DNA from: an uncultured Candidatus Saccharibacteria bacterium
GTDB taxonomy: Bacteria; Patescibacteriota; Saccharimonadia; Saccharimonadales; UBA10212
NCBI GenBank assembly: GCA_964460855.1
Contig: CAYWQH010000001.1
Coordinates: 123,868 to 187,867 of the forward strand
DNA: 64,000 bases
Direction of reading: 5' to 3'
Under the pieces are notes generated by a model. It ran no database searches. It saw only the letters and a program-made list of their open reading frames with translations, and was not told the DNA's origin. Below, piece by piece: positions 25,052 to 35,169 of the stretch. Both the position numbers and the translations under genes were made by a program. The stretch's first letter is position 1. The number at the start of each line of letters is the position of its first letter.

Positions 25052-25762
25052 TTATTGTAAACCCAATGCCTGGTCGGAGATGTCGGTGCCACCGAAGTCT
25101 TGGGTATCATTCAGAGAGTTCATCTGCGTAGTAATAGAAGAGGATAGTTGGGTTAGGTCCTGGCTGCTAACCGGCGTTGTGGTGGTAGCCGTTTTGGCCG
25201 GGCTATTGTTACCGGTAGTTTTATTTGAGTCGGTGCGGAAAGCGAAATATGCGGCCACAATTAGGGCGGCGGCAATTATTAAGGCGACGATGCCAACTAA
25301 AACCGGTTTAGCCGATTTATGTTGCTTGGCTTGGCCGGGCTGGGCAACGGCTGGAGCGGCCGCTTGGCCGCCGGGGTTGGCCATTGGCTGTTGGCCGGGC
25401 TGGCCGGTATAAGGCTGCTGGCTGCCTGCAGGCCCCGCCGAAGCCGGCGGCATGGCCGGCGCGCCGGGCTGGCTGGTGGTATGGATGTCGCTCATAATCT
25501 GGTCCAGGCCGTCGTCGTGGGACTGCTGCTGTTTAGGCAACTCCGGCGCCTGGTGCTCGATCGGGTTAAGCGGCGGCCCTGCCATTGGCGCCGGCTGCGG
25601 CGTGCTGGCCGGGGCGGGCGGTACCTGGCCCATGGCGGGCGGCGACTGGTTTACCATACCGTCCATCGACGGCCCGCCGTTCGTAGGCAGCGATGGACGG
25701 GGCGGATAGCCATTAAATGGGCTTGGCTGCGGCGGCTGGTTATTTGAATTATTCGGGTCCAT
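25052..25762 (-). CDS. Pro/Gln-rich membrane-anchored protein
   Basis: Low-complexity P-rich N-terminal half, one TM helix and a Thr/Ser-rich tail. Confidence 0.55.
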   Translation of the reverse strand: MDPNNSNNQPPQPSPFNGYPPRPSLPTNGGPSMDGMVNQSPPAMGQVPPAPASTPQPAPMAGPPLNPIEHQAPELPKQQQSHDDGLDQIMSDIHTTSQPGAPAMPPASAGPAGSQQPYTGQPGQQPMANPGGQAAAPAVAQPGQAKQHKSAKPVLVGIVALIIAAALIVAAYFAFRTDSNKTTGNNSPAKTATTTTPVSSQDLTQLSSSITTQMNSLNDTQDFGGTDISDQALGLQ

Positions 25763-26427
25763 TAATGCGTTCCTCCGGACAAACTCTTGTTAACATCGGC
25801 TAATGCCTTGCCGATTTGCGGTATTAAATCGCGGATAGCCTTGGAATCGGCCGCTAGCTTTAGGCGCAGGTCGCGGGCGGTTTGCAAACTGGCAACAAAA
25901 CCGGCCGGGTCAGACGCGCAGTCCATATCGCCAGCGTCTTTCAGCGCTTGCTGGTATTTTGTGGCATCGGCGTTGAACGTGCCGGTCGCGGTATGTAAAT
26001 TAGCCTTTAAATCTTTAAGGGCCGTAACGTCGGCTTTCTGGTTTTCCAGCCGGGTAGTTATGAGGGTTATGCGGGTATCCAGGTCGGAATAAACTTTATC
26101 GCGGTTCTGCACCATTTTATCGGCCCGGGTATTAGCGGTTTTAACCAGCCCCTGGGCGGCTTTGCATTTGGTTTTGAGTGCAGCTTGGCGGGCCGCGGTA
26201 AGCTGGAGCTTGGCGGCCGCTTTACGTTCAGAAATGCGTTGGTCCAGGGTAGTAGTAGAGTTAGCATCGGCCGTTGAGCCGGTTGTATCACCGCTGGTAG
26301 CCGTGCCGGTCCCGGTGCTATCGGTTTGGGCAAAAACCGTTGCAGATAACGCCGGCCCCATTAAAAACACTGCTGAAACCAGCGCCACTACTAACCGACC
26401 CACAAATGAAAAACACCTCATTTTCAT
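25762..26427 (-). CDS. Secreted coiled-coil protein
   Basis: Signal peptide (...ALSATVFA), then alpha-helical repeats. The start was moved to the ATG at 26427. Confidence 0.55.
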   Translation of the reverse strand: MKMRCFSFVGRLVVALVSAVFLMGPALSATVFAQTDSTGTGTATSGDTTGSTADANSTTTLDQRISERKAAAKLQLTAARQAALKTKCKAAQGLVKTANTRADKMVQNRDKVYSDLDTRITLITTRLENQKADVTALKDLKANLHTATGTFNADATKYQQALKDAGDMDCASDPAGFVASLQTARDLRLKLAADSKAIRDLIPQIGKALADVNKSLSGGTH

Positions 26428-26524
26428 ACTTGTATGCCCCAAATTGTACCATAAGCAGCTTAGTGCTTAACAGTGGAAAACAGTTGATATTTTGCTTACT
26501 TGTGGTTAATTGATTACTTTAAAA

Positions 26525-28648
26525 CTAGTAATAATACCACTTATCGACTCCGCCAATATTCGACACATCCTTTATCTTCATTGGATCGCCGCCCTGCAAA
26601 CTCAATACATAATCGGCGGTTTCGTCAGTGTTGGATACGCGGTAAGTAATATAGTCGCCGGTTAGCCAGCGCACCGGGCCATTAAGGCCGGCTTTGGTTA
26701 ACAATACCTTGTCGGTGCCGCCCTGGGTATCGCGCAATATCAACACCCCCTTGCCGTCGCGCTGGTCGACCCATAGCGCTTTGGAGTGGTCGTCGTTATC
26801 GACGAATACTTTGGTTTTTAGCTGGGCCGGCGGGCCGTTAGCTTTGGTGGGTGCCGAGCCGCCGAGCGTGTAGTTATACCAGGTTTGCTGCACCGAAATA
26901 GCCAGTTTGTCATAGTCTACCCGGAAAATATTCCAGGTTTCCTGGTCGAGTACGGACTTTAAATTACTGCCATCTGGATTAACAACGAACAACTTATTAT
27001 TATCGGGATTTTGCGAGTACGTATTACTAGGAGCAAAATAAATTTTGCCGCTGGCGCTTAGCACGTCGTTAAAGTAATTGGCGCTGGCAATTTTTTTGGA
27101 CTCGTCGGCAACCGTATCGTAGGTCATTAACTTTTGGCGGTTGGGGTCGGCGGCGCTGGCGCCTTGGGCGACGGCCACATAAACGATCCGGTCTCCGTAC
27201 CAATCTATAATTTGCACCCGCTCAGACTGGGCGATTTTTTGGCTTTCGCCGGTTGCGACGTTAATGATGTATAGGCCGCTGAGCAGAAAGCCGTCGCTAT
27301 TGCGCTGGCCGTCACGGGTGGTAACTACGGCAACTTGCTTGCCGGCCGGCTGCGGCGCCAAAACCATATTGTCGCTTTCCTGCCCGGTACCTGGCATCAG
27401 TAATTGTTCGTTTTTACCGTCCGCGTCAATTTTATATACGTCATAGCGTCCGCTGCGGTTACTGACAAAAAAGTGTTTTTTAGCCGGTACCATGGCTACC
27501 GGCATTTCGGTTTTCTGGCTGGAGGCAATGTGCAAGTTTTCGTCGCGGTATTTATCGTAAGTTAGTTTTACGTCGATGGCGTCATCGTTGGTGGTATCCA
27601 GCACCAGCACTATTTTGCCGTTTTTATCGGCTACGGCGTTGCCGTCGCCGCTGGAGGCTTCGGCCCCGGCCAGCGGTTTTTTGCTGAGCCAATCAGTAAC
27701 CACAAAAGAATAGTGCGAACCGACTGCAGTTATTTGGTAGTTGCCCAGCGGGTTGCTGCCCAAACCCAATACTACTTTTTGCGATGAAGTCGCGAAGGCC
27801 CGCTTTTGTATGATAAACGTCGAGGGCCCGAGCTTTAATTTATCAAATGTAACACTGCCTTGGCTGTTGGTGGCTTTATCTTGGCCCTGTAATAATACGT
27901 GGACATTTTTTAAAGGCTGCTGGGTTTTATCGTCTAACACGGTCATCGAAGCTTCGGCCCGGACACCGGCCGTATTTAACACGTAGTAGCGGCTGCTTGG
28001 GACGGTGCCGGCAGCTACGATTGCCGCTAATAATAATAAAAATGTTGCCCAGCGGGCCGGCGAACTGTGCCACCATACCGCGAAAAAGCGGTTAATATGG
28101 TCAGCCAGTGATTTTTTGGGCTCTGGCTGGGCGGCTTCTTCTAGTGTTAAATCTTCGTGGGCCAGCAGGGCGTCGCCGTTTTCGCTTTCGACGGAATGGA
28201 TGGCTTCTTCGAGGTCCTGGTCGTGCTCGTCTGCGGCCGACGGCAAATCTTCGTCCGGCGCATCTTCTACGGCTTCGGTTTCACCGGCTTCTTCGGCGTT
28301 CTCCTCTTCGGGCGCGTCATCTGCCGCTTCGGCAGGTGTTTCGGCGTCAGCTTCCGGTTCTTCAACTGTCTCTTCAACCGGCTCTGGCGGTTCCTCATTT
28401 TTTTTAGGCTCGTCCTCTTTTATGGGGTCCGGGCCTTCGTTCTCCTTGCCTTCACCCTTAGGTTCGGCAACTTCCGGATCTTCTTCGTGGTCTGTTTTTA
28501 CTTTTATGGTCTTGGGTTGTTTTTCAATATTATCAGCAGCCTCTTCGGCAATTTGCTCAATTGTGTCAGGATCGGGGTCCGCGCCTAATTTGCCCTCGGG
28601 TTTTTGGTCTTCTGGCTCGTCGGCGTGGTTTATATTTATTTTCGGCAT
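26525..28648 (-). CDS. Membrane-anchored protein: acidic disordered N-tail, TM helix, large beta-rich ectodomain
   Basis: 707 aa. An E/D/P-rich stretch of about 190 aa is followed by a TM helix (WATFLLLLAAIVAAGTV) and then beta-propeller-like repeats. Confidence 0.6.
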   Translation of the reverse strand: MPKININHADEPEDQKPEGKLGADPDPDTIEQIAEEAADNIEKQPKTIKVKTDHEEDPEVAEPKGEGKENEGPDPIKEDEPKKNEEPPEPVEETVEEPEADAETPAEAADDAPEEENAEEAGETEAVEDAPDEDLPSAADEHDQDLEEAIHSVESENGDALLAHEDLTLEEAAQPEPKKSLADHINRFFAVWWHSSPARWATFLLLLAAIVAAGTVPSSRYYVLNTAGVRAEASMTVLDDKTQQPLKNVHVLLQGQDKATNSQGSVTFDKLKLGPSTFIIQKRAFATSSQKVVLGLGSNPLGNYQITAVGSHYSFVVTDWLSKKPLAGAEASSGDGNAVADKNGKIVLVLDTTNDDAIDVKLTYDKYRDENLHIASSQKTEMPVAMVPAKKHFFVSNRSGRYDVYKIDADGKNEQLLMPGTGQESDNMVLAPQPAGKQVAVVTTRDGQRNSDGFLLSGLYIINVATGESQKIAQSERVQIIDWYGDRIVYVAVAQGASAADPNRQKLMTYDTVADESKKIASANYFNDVLSASGKIYFAPSNTYSQNPDNNKLFVVNPDGSNLKSVLDQETWNIFRVDYDKLAISVQQTWYNYTLGGSAPTKANGPPAQLKTKVFVDNDDHSKALWVDQRDGKGVLILRDTQGGTDKVLLTKAGLNGPVRWLTGDYITYRVSNTDETADYVLSLQGGDPMKIKDVSNIGGVDKWYYY

Positions 28649-28688
28649 AAATAATTAGTTGAATAACCTATAGCAATTAGTCTATCAC

Positions 28689-28860
28689 GAACGCCTTCCG
28701 CACCGCCCCTTATAAAAATTGGAGCAAGTCCAGACTTTTTAAGTGGCTTTTGGCGCATTACTTCGTCAGGGTTTCCGCTACTCCTTCACCGTACATTCCC
28801 GTACGGCTCAGTCCGTTGCTCACCCCTTCCTTGTACTGCATCCAAATGCGAAACGCGTTC
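28689..28860 (-). ncRNA. Structured intergenic RNA element, copy B (172 nt), same family as 21935-22105; strand tentative
   Basis: Closing helix 28689-702/28847-860, helix TTTGG/CCAAA (28749-53/28842-46) and hairpin 28789-94/28801-06. Long blocks are identical to copy A, and paired positions show compensatory changes. Confidence 0.6.
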
Positions 28861-28869
28861 CAACGATGG

Positions 28870-30828
28870 CTATTTAATGCCGTCCCTTAACAATCCGCCC
28901 CACTCAACGAACGTAAAGCCGTTGCGGGCCGGTGCCGTAAAGTGCTGGGGGTTCAAGCTTACCGGCTGGTTCAGGCCTTCAGAGTCTAAGAATACCCTGA
29001 TGACGGTGTCAGGCGCCGGAGTTATATGCAGCGGCGCCAGTTCGTTCATTTGCCTTGTGGTCAGCCAAGTCAGTTTTACGTAGGGTGAGGTTGGAAGTTT
29101 TGCTTGCCAGAAAGCCATAAAATCAGTCTGCTCCTTGGCATTTAAGCCAAGCTGCGTCATTTGCATCCTAAGTGTAGGCAAAAGCTCTGATTGGCTTACA
29201 ACAACGCCGGTTTTGGAAACGTCTGGGTATATACCGTTGCCGTAGCCTTCCCAGAAAAGAGAACCGTAACTATGGCCCTGGTAATTTAGCTGGCCGCTAG
29301 GCTGGGCTAGAACGTTAAACCAGCCATTGCCGTAAAATGGATCGCTTTTAACTACCCGGGCATCAACTTCAACATTTACGTTAGTTGTAACTTTTGGATA
29401 CAAGTAAATAACTGGCTTGCCGCAACCGCCAACAACCGCAAAACGCGAATTTATCATCACCTGGTATTGTCCCAAGCCGTCTTTTACCAAAATAATAGCG
29501 TGTTTATCCAGGTACTGCTGGGCTGTCTGGCCAAGAATAAGATCGGTTCGGATACTGCCGTCAATATCTTTGGTTAGATCCACATACTCTTTATAAAATG
29601 TTGATTCAAAGGGTATTGAGCTTGATTTAGCCTGGTAAATATTATCGGACCCCGATTTTCCCGCAACCGCCAAATCACTATCTTTTACATTTAAGGCAAT
29701 TATATTTGAACTGCCTTCGCCGCACCCGGAAGGTTGCCGTATATAGTCATCTTTATTGGCAGAACCGTCACTCCAGTTAATGTTTGCCGTACTGAGAGTT
29801 TCTATTCCCTTTTTGGTGGTAGTAAAAGTTAAATTTGATCCAACACGGTAAATGACCGTGCGAAAATCCTGCCTTAATAATATATAGTAGCTTTGCTCTG
29901 TGACTGCATCTTTCTTAGAAACAACTTTGTAGATTTTGCCATTAGCGCCGGTTGCCGCTAGTGTTACTTCCGAGGTAGAGTTTACGTCTTTCTTGGTGGG
30001 GTCAAGGTTAACAGCACCGGCTGTAAAAGTATTAGGTTCCGGTGTCTCTAAAACGTTTGCAACGTTATTAAGTTCCAGCTTATCTTTTATGGCTAATTCA
30101 GGGATTTTCGTTGTCGTATCTTGCTTAACCCCTACTGCCAGTTTTGGGCCAACGTATTCACCTGTATCGTATTTGCCGGTTTTATCATCATATTTCGTAT
30201 ACCAGCCAAGGGACTGGTCTTTTATGATATACGTCGCGTCCGGTTTCTTGATGACTAAACCAGTGGAGCCGTCGAGCCCGAAAGCTATGTCTACAGTAAT
30301 TACCGGGTAGCCTTCTTTAGTCTTGCCAACCTGATAAAAAGTTACTGCGCCGTCTGCGGGATTTAGGTTATCGGGATCGTTAAATAGTTTTTGGTCGGGG
30401 AGTTTGGTGGCAGTTTTAGCCCAAACGATGCCGCTGGTGGCAGGCGATTGGTCGGCCGTGGTGCTGCTATTGGCGGTTTTATTGGAAGTAATGTGAGCGG
30501 GCTTCTCTTTTTTAATGAAATATAAGTAACCAGCCACGGCTGCCAGTATCAGTAAGACAATCAGCAAAAAGATTAATAACCACTTAATTTTGGCCCGCCG
30601 CGGGTTGCGGATCTGGCTCATCGAAGTCATAACCGGAAAATCGTCGGTTTTAGGCGTCGGATTAGCTGGGGGTTCGCTTGTTGGCTCAGTTTCGACAGCC
30701 GGTTTAGGGTGCTCCGAAGGTGCTACGGTCGGGGAAGGCTCGGTTTCAGCCGCATCAACCCGCTCAATTAACTTATCTTTTTCGTGTTCGTGGTTGCCGG
30801 TTTCCGGCTCATTCTTAGGCGGTTCCAT
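28870..30828 (-). CDS. Membrane-anchored extracellular protein (652 aa)
   Basis: Pro/Glu-rich N-tail, a TM helix and a large ectodomain. No motif recognised. Confidence 0.6.
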   Translation of the reverse strand: MEPPKNEPETGNHEHEKDKLIERVDAAETEPSPTVAPSEHPKPAVETEPTSEPPANPTPKTDDFPVMTSMSQIRNPRRAKIKWLLIFLLIVLLILAAVAGYLYFIKKEKPAHITSNKTANSSTTADQSPATSGIVWAKTATKLPDQKLFNDPDNLNPADGAVTFYQVGKTKEGYPVITVDIAFGLDGSTGLVIKKPDATYIIKDQSLGWYTKYDDKTGKYDTGEYVGPKLAVGVKQDTTTKIPELAIKDKLELNNVANVLETPEPNTFTAGAVNLDPTKKDVNSTSEVTLAATGANGKIYKVVSKKDAVTEQSYYILLRQDFRTVIYRVGSNLTFTTTKKGIETLSTANINWSDGSANKDDYIRQPSGCGEGSSNIIALNVKDSDLAVAGKSGSDNIYQAKSSSIPFESTFYKEYVDLTKDIDGSIRTDLILGQTAQQYLDKHAIILVKDGLGQYQVMINSRFAVVGGCGKPVIYLYPKVTTNVNVEVDARVVKSDPFYGNGWFNVLAQPSGQLNYQGHSYGSLFWEGYGNGIYPDVSKTGVVVSQSELLPTLRMQMTQLGLNAKEQTDFMAFWQAKLPTSPYVKLTWLTTRQMNELAPLHITPAPDTVIRVFLDSEGLNQPVSLNPQHFTAPARNGFTFVEWGGLLRDGIK

Positions 30829-30877
30829 ATATAGTCCTAGCTGTTAGAATATTATCCCTCTTATGGCTATTAAGCAA

Positions 30878-32407
30878 TCAAACATGGGTGATTACCGTTG
30901 TGCCGATTGGCGCCCAACCATAAATCCAAGAAGCGTCGGAGTTAACTACGCCCACGCAGCCATGTGAAGAATTTATATTGCCGAACCATGAAGTTGGCCG
31001 CCAATAATTACCATGGATTGCGTAGTCCTGGTAAAAGTAATTTATATATTCCACATTTGGCTGGAAGTAGCGTGTGCCATTGGCGTTAAAGCCGCGCATA
31101 TCCTGGCGGCGGAATTTGGCGTATATCGTGTACTGGCCCTTGACTGTCGGCGTAGCCGGAGCGCCGGCGCTTACCAGGAATTCCCTAACTACAGTGCCGT
31201 GTTCGTATGCATACATCCGCTTATTAGTCAGGTCGACCTCTATCCATTTATCATAGTCGCCTGCCGTTATAGTTTTGGGCTCGGCGAAGGCTATTGCTAG
31301 CGGCTTAACCAGGCTCTGCTGCTTATTTACGGCGTCGGCTATTTCTTTGGCTGAGCCGTCCTTATTTATAATGTCGATGCCAGGCGCACCTTCGGATAAT
31401 GTCCGGCTAGTGCCATCGGTGTTTTGCATCACAACTTTAGGCCGGGGGGGCTTAACGTAAGGTTTAGCAACGGCGTCCAAATATGCAGTAACCCTTACCG
31501 GATCAGCCGAAATACTGGCGCCGTTTTTTTGCGGCGACACGGCCAGCCAGGTGCCGATGATCTGGCCGGTCGGCACTATTTTGGTGCCGTTGATATCGAT
31601 AGTTACCGGAGTCTTAATCATTTTTTCGGCCTGGGTTTTGGCGTCGGCCAGCATCGAAGCTTTGATATTGGGCTGACTGGTAAATGTTTTTACCTGAAGT
31701 GTTGCGTTTTGGCTGGCCGACAGGCTGGTATCTAGCAGCTTTTTAGCCGCTACCGGGTCCAAGCCAAAAGCCTGGCCCGGCTTTTCGGGGTTGATGGTTA
31801 CAGTGCCGTCTTTAATTTCGACTGTCGCGTCTTGGGGGCCCTGGCTAACCTGGCTGGCCGATACCATGAATTTATCGAAAGCAGCTTTATCGAATGTAAA
31901 TTGCAGCGGGATACTGGTGCTTTTTAGATAAGGGATTTTCCACAGGCCTTTGTTGAGGCCATTGGCCCGGGCAACGGTTTTATCTATATCAAACTGGTAG
32001 CCAAGCTGGGCCGGTTTTAATTTTTGCGGGGCTTTGCCGCCGGTTACATTAATTTCGAGCTTAGCGGTTAAAGAATTTAGCGTAGCTTTGGCTTGGTCGG
32101 GTGTCAGCCCGCCGATTTGGATGCTGCCGACAGTGACGCCAGGCGCGACGCGGTTCAAATAATAAGAGCGCAAGCCGCCAACGCTACCGGCCATTAGCAA
32201 TATTGCTACTACTAATCCGGATATCAACCAGTGGTGCCGGGCTATTAAGCTTTTGCCCTTAATTTCGGCGGTTTGATTTTCTGGAATGGTTGCCGGGCCA
32301 TGGAAAAACCGCCCCCACCGGGCGTGCATTATTCCTAATCTGTTACGGGCTATTTGAGGGTCGGAGTCGGATAAAACAGACCCTTCATCGCCGTGACGAA
32401 GTGACAT
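30878..32407 (-). CDS. L,D-transpeptidase (YkuD domain) with N-terminal anchor and PG-associated domains
   Basis: C-terminal YkuD signature ...YAIHGNYW...NINSSHGCVGV.... Confidence 0.85.
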   Translation of the reverse strand: MSLRHGDEGSVLSDSDPQIARNRLGIMHARWGRFFHGPATIPENQTAEIKGKSLIARHHWLISGLVVAILLMAGSVGGLRSYYLNRVAPGVTVGSIQIGGLTPDQAKATLNSLTAKLEINVTGGKAPQKLKPAQLGYQFDIDKTVARANGLNKGLWKIPYLKSTSIPLQFTFDKAAFDKFMVSASQVSQGPQDATVEIKDGTVTINPEKPGQAFGLDPVAAKKLLDTSLSASQNATLQVKTFTSQPNIKASMLADAKTQAEKMIKTPVTIDINGTKIVPTGQIIGTWLAVSPQKNGASISADPVRVTAYLDAVAKPYVKPPRPKVVMQNTDGTSRTLSEGAPGIDIINKDGSAKEIADAVNKQQSLVKPLAIAFAEPKTITAGDYDKWIEVDLTNKRMYAYEHGTVVREFLVSAGAPATPTVKGQYTIYAKFRRQDMRGFNANGTRYFQPNVEYINYFYQDYAIHGNYWRPTSWFGNINSSHGCVGVVNSDASWIYGWAPIGTTVITHV

Positions 32408-32513
32408 GCGAGTATCACCAACCTATTATTTCCAAAGCTTTTTGATTTTTAAGCTTTGGTTTAAATTTAGCATAACCACTACTGTTTGGCAATTGGCGTT
32501 TATACTGTTAGCC

Positions 32514-33140
32514 ATGGACCGCAAAGCCGAACTTCAAAAAGCCCAGCAACACCTTAGCCGGCATGACCCGAAATTAGCGGAACTAATTGCCATTCATGGC
32601 GATTGCACGCTGCAGCCTCATGGCAAATATTATTACGAGTTATTCGACAGTATCGTCAGCCAACAGCTATCAGTTAAAGCCGCCCGCAGCATCATGAACC
32701 GCATCCAGGCCCATTACGGCACCGAACACCCGAAGCCGGAAAAAGTTATCGAAACGGATAACGACACTTTGCGCGCTTTGGGCCTGAGTTACGCCAAAGC
32801 CAATTACGTAAAAGACCTGGCCCAGCATGTAATTGACGGACGGTTGGATTTAGAGCATATCGCTACCTTGGACGACCAGGAAGTGATTGACCAACTAGTT
32901 GCCGTGAAAGGTATAGGCGAATGGACTGCCCACATGTTTATGATGTTCAGTTTAGGCCGGCTTAATATTTTAGCCTGGGGCGATTTGGGCATCCGCAACG
33001 GAACCATGAAAGTTTACGGGCTTAAGAAGCTGCCCGTTAAAGACGATTTAATTAAGCTTTCCAAAAAATACCATTGGGAGCCCTACCAAACAGTCGCCTG
33101 CTGGTACTTATGGAAATCCCTGGACAATACCCCTAAGTAA
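32514..33140 (+). CDS. DNA-3-methyladenine glycosylase II (AlkA-like, HhH-GPD superfamily)
   Basis: VSQQLSVKAA, the HhH motif VAVKGIGEWTAHMFMMF and the catalytic region WGDLGIRNG. The start was moved to the ATG at 32514, with a TATACT box 7 nt upstream. Confidence 0.85.
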   Translation: MDRKAELQKAQQHLSRHDPKLAELIAIHGDCTLQPHGKYYYELFDSIVSQQLSVKAARSIMNRIQAHYGTEHPKPEKVIETDNDTLRALGLSYAKANYVKDLAQHVIDGRLDLEHIATLDDQEVIDQLVAVKGIGEWTAHMFMMFSLGRLNILAWGDLGIRNGTMKVYGLKKLPVKDDLIKLSKKYHWEPYQTVACWYLWKSLDNTPK

Positions 33141-33143
33141 CTA

Positions 33144-33530
33144 TTACTTATCCCAGCCGGGGGCTTCATAGGCATAGCCGACCGGCGCGCCGACAATTAA
33201 CACGGTAGTTGAAGATTCAGCCGCGACAGCCGAACGCACTACTTCCGGTTCAACCACCAGGCAAGTTCCCTTTGGCGCGTCGAACTCTTCGCCGTCTAAT
33301 ATGAAAGTAGCCCGGCCTTCAGCTATGTAAAAGAATTCCTGTTGCGGCTTGTCGCCCATTTCGTTATGTTCTTTGGTGACCCAGTCGCCTTTATTAACGA
33401 CCACGCCGTTAATGCCGAACGCTTCAATACCCAGGTAGTTGCGAATCGATTTCCAACCGGCCATAAAAGTGTCTTTGGTAGGCGGAATCTTGTTGATGTC
33501 TTCGGCTTTCCAGCCTTTACCCTGCGCCAT
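33144..33530 (-). CDS. Cupin domain protein
   Basis: 128 aa with the cupin beta-barrel pattern (EFFYIAEGRATFILDGEEFDAPKGTCLVV). Confidence 0.6.
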   Translation of the reverse strand: MAQGKGWKAEDINKIPPTKDTFMAGWKSIRNYLGIEAFGINGVVVNKGDWVTKEHNEMGDKPQQEFFYIAEGRATFILDGEEFDAPKGTCLVVEPEVVRSAVAAESSTTVLIVGAPVGYAYEAPGWDK

Positions 33531-33581
33531 AACTACTCCCTTAATTACAGGTTAAGTTTAGCACTTGGCTGCAAATACCCC

Positions 33582-34298
33582 TTAAAACACTTCTTTTGAG
33601 TATTCTACGCTGCGCTCTATGGACTGGCCGGGATTTATAGCAATGTCAGCTTCGAATTTATAACTTTCGAATATTTTGGGCTGTTTGGCTGCTTCTTCCA
33701 GGCTCATCCATTGGTTTTGGCCGCCCTCGAATTAGATTTGTAGTTCGCCTTTAGGCGAGGTGCAGGAAATTACATGAAAAATTTTATCTTCTAATTGCTC
33801 GCCGGTTTCTTTTTGGAAAACTTGCTCGTGGTATATGCCGCTATGCTCGCACTTTGCCGTTAAACCGGTTTCTTCCATTAACTCCCGAGCGGCCGTATCT
33901 AAAATAGTTTCGCCCCAGCGGATTTTGCCGGACGGGAAACCATAGAATCCATAATATGGGTGTTTCAGCCTCTGCTGGAAAACGTATTTGCCTTTGCCGT
34001 CGCTGATGGCCAATATCACGGCGCTTTTAGGCTGCAGCTCAATTGTGTTTTTATCGGTATCGAGTTTGTTGGCGTATTCTTTGCCGCGCGGGGTTAGTTT
34101 ATATTTTCCGCGGCTGACTTTTTCGACTAGGCCGATATCTACCAGCCGGGCGATATGGAAATTAAAGTGGTCGCTGGTCAGGCCGGTGGGTTTTTGCAGC
34201 CCGGCAAAACCGGCTTCCGGCTGGAATAATAATTCCCGCAAAATGCTGGTTTGGGCGTCATGAATTTTAGCTTCGTAGCTCATTGTAAATTGCTCCAT
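33582..34298 (-). pseudogene. wHTH + Nudix hydrolase gene interrupted by an in-frame TAA at 33732-33734
   Basis: Nudix box GKIRWGETILDTAARELMEETGL. After the TAA the same frame reads FEGGQNQWMSLEEAAKQPKIFESYKFEADIAINPGQSIERSVEYSKEVF up to a second stop at 33582-33584. This is the expected Nudix C-terminal strand/helix (E..W.s.eE). Confidence 0.6.
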
Positions 34299-34374
34299 TT
34301 AAAGATGAAGCACCGGTGCGAGTTGAACTATATAGTTTCAAACAAGTTGAATCTAGTAAAGTCGACTTTAGTAA

Positions 34375-35130
34375 TTAGGCGCCTAAGATTAAAGCTACGC
34401 CGGCGATGGCCATAAAGGCCATTAACATAACTTTTGCGAATTTTTCGCCTTTCTTCAGGGCAAACTTAGATCCGGCAAAGCCGCCGATCAGCGCGCCAAT
34501 TAAAGCGGCCGTACCGTAATCAAAGACAATTAAACTGGTGTGCAAAATCAAAAGTACGATAACCGAGTTCAGTAATAGTGTAGCGATGCGCTGCAACATG
34601 TTGGCTTCGATAGCCGTCGTGCCAAAAAATAATATGAAAACTACAGATAAAATCGTGCCGACCCCGCCGCCGAACACACCCTGTATAAATAGAACGCCGG
34701 CCAAAGCAACGTAACCCAGCCGAAGCCGAAATTTAGATACCCGCTTGCGGCGGGTGCCGGCATTTTCGCCCCACACTGCCGGGATCATCAGCAGCATGAA
34801 TACGCCAATTAACTTTTGCAGTGTGGCATTGCCGACGCGCTGGAAGGTATAAGCCGAAACGATGCCGATTAAAATGCTCAAAACTATTACCGCGACTAGG
34901 ATGCTGCGTTTTTCTTTAACAACTTTCTTACGGAAAGCAGTTATCGCACCGATACTCAAACCGAAACTGGCGAACTTGCCGGTGGCGATGGTTTGCTGCG
35001 GCGTCAGGCCCAGCCAAATAAAAAACGGCGTCATAACTATACCGCCGGCCGAACCGCTCATGGCGCTGAAACCGCCCACCAGCAGGCTCATCACGAATAC
35101 GCCCACAAGTTTAGCCGTATGTATGTCCAT
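34375..35130 (-). CDS. TauE/SafE family anion exporter
   Basis: 251 aa with about 8 TM helices and two internal repeats with Gly-rich helices. Confidence 0.7.
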   Translation of the reverse strand: MDIHTAKLVGVFVMSLLVGGFSAMSGSAGGIVMTPFFIWLGLTPQQTIATGKFASFGLSIGAITAFRKKVVKEKRSILVAVIVLSILIGIVSAYTFQRVGNATLQKLIGVFMLLMIPAVWGENAGTRRKRVSKFRLRLGYVALAGVLFIQGVFGGGVGTILSVVFILFFGTTAIEANMLQRIATLLLNSVIVLLILHTSLIVFDYGTAALIGALIGGFAGSKFALKKGEKFAKVMLMAFMAIAGVALILGA

Positions 35131-35169
35131 TGCTTAAAGCATAACCGTAATACCGGATTTTAACGAGGT

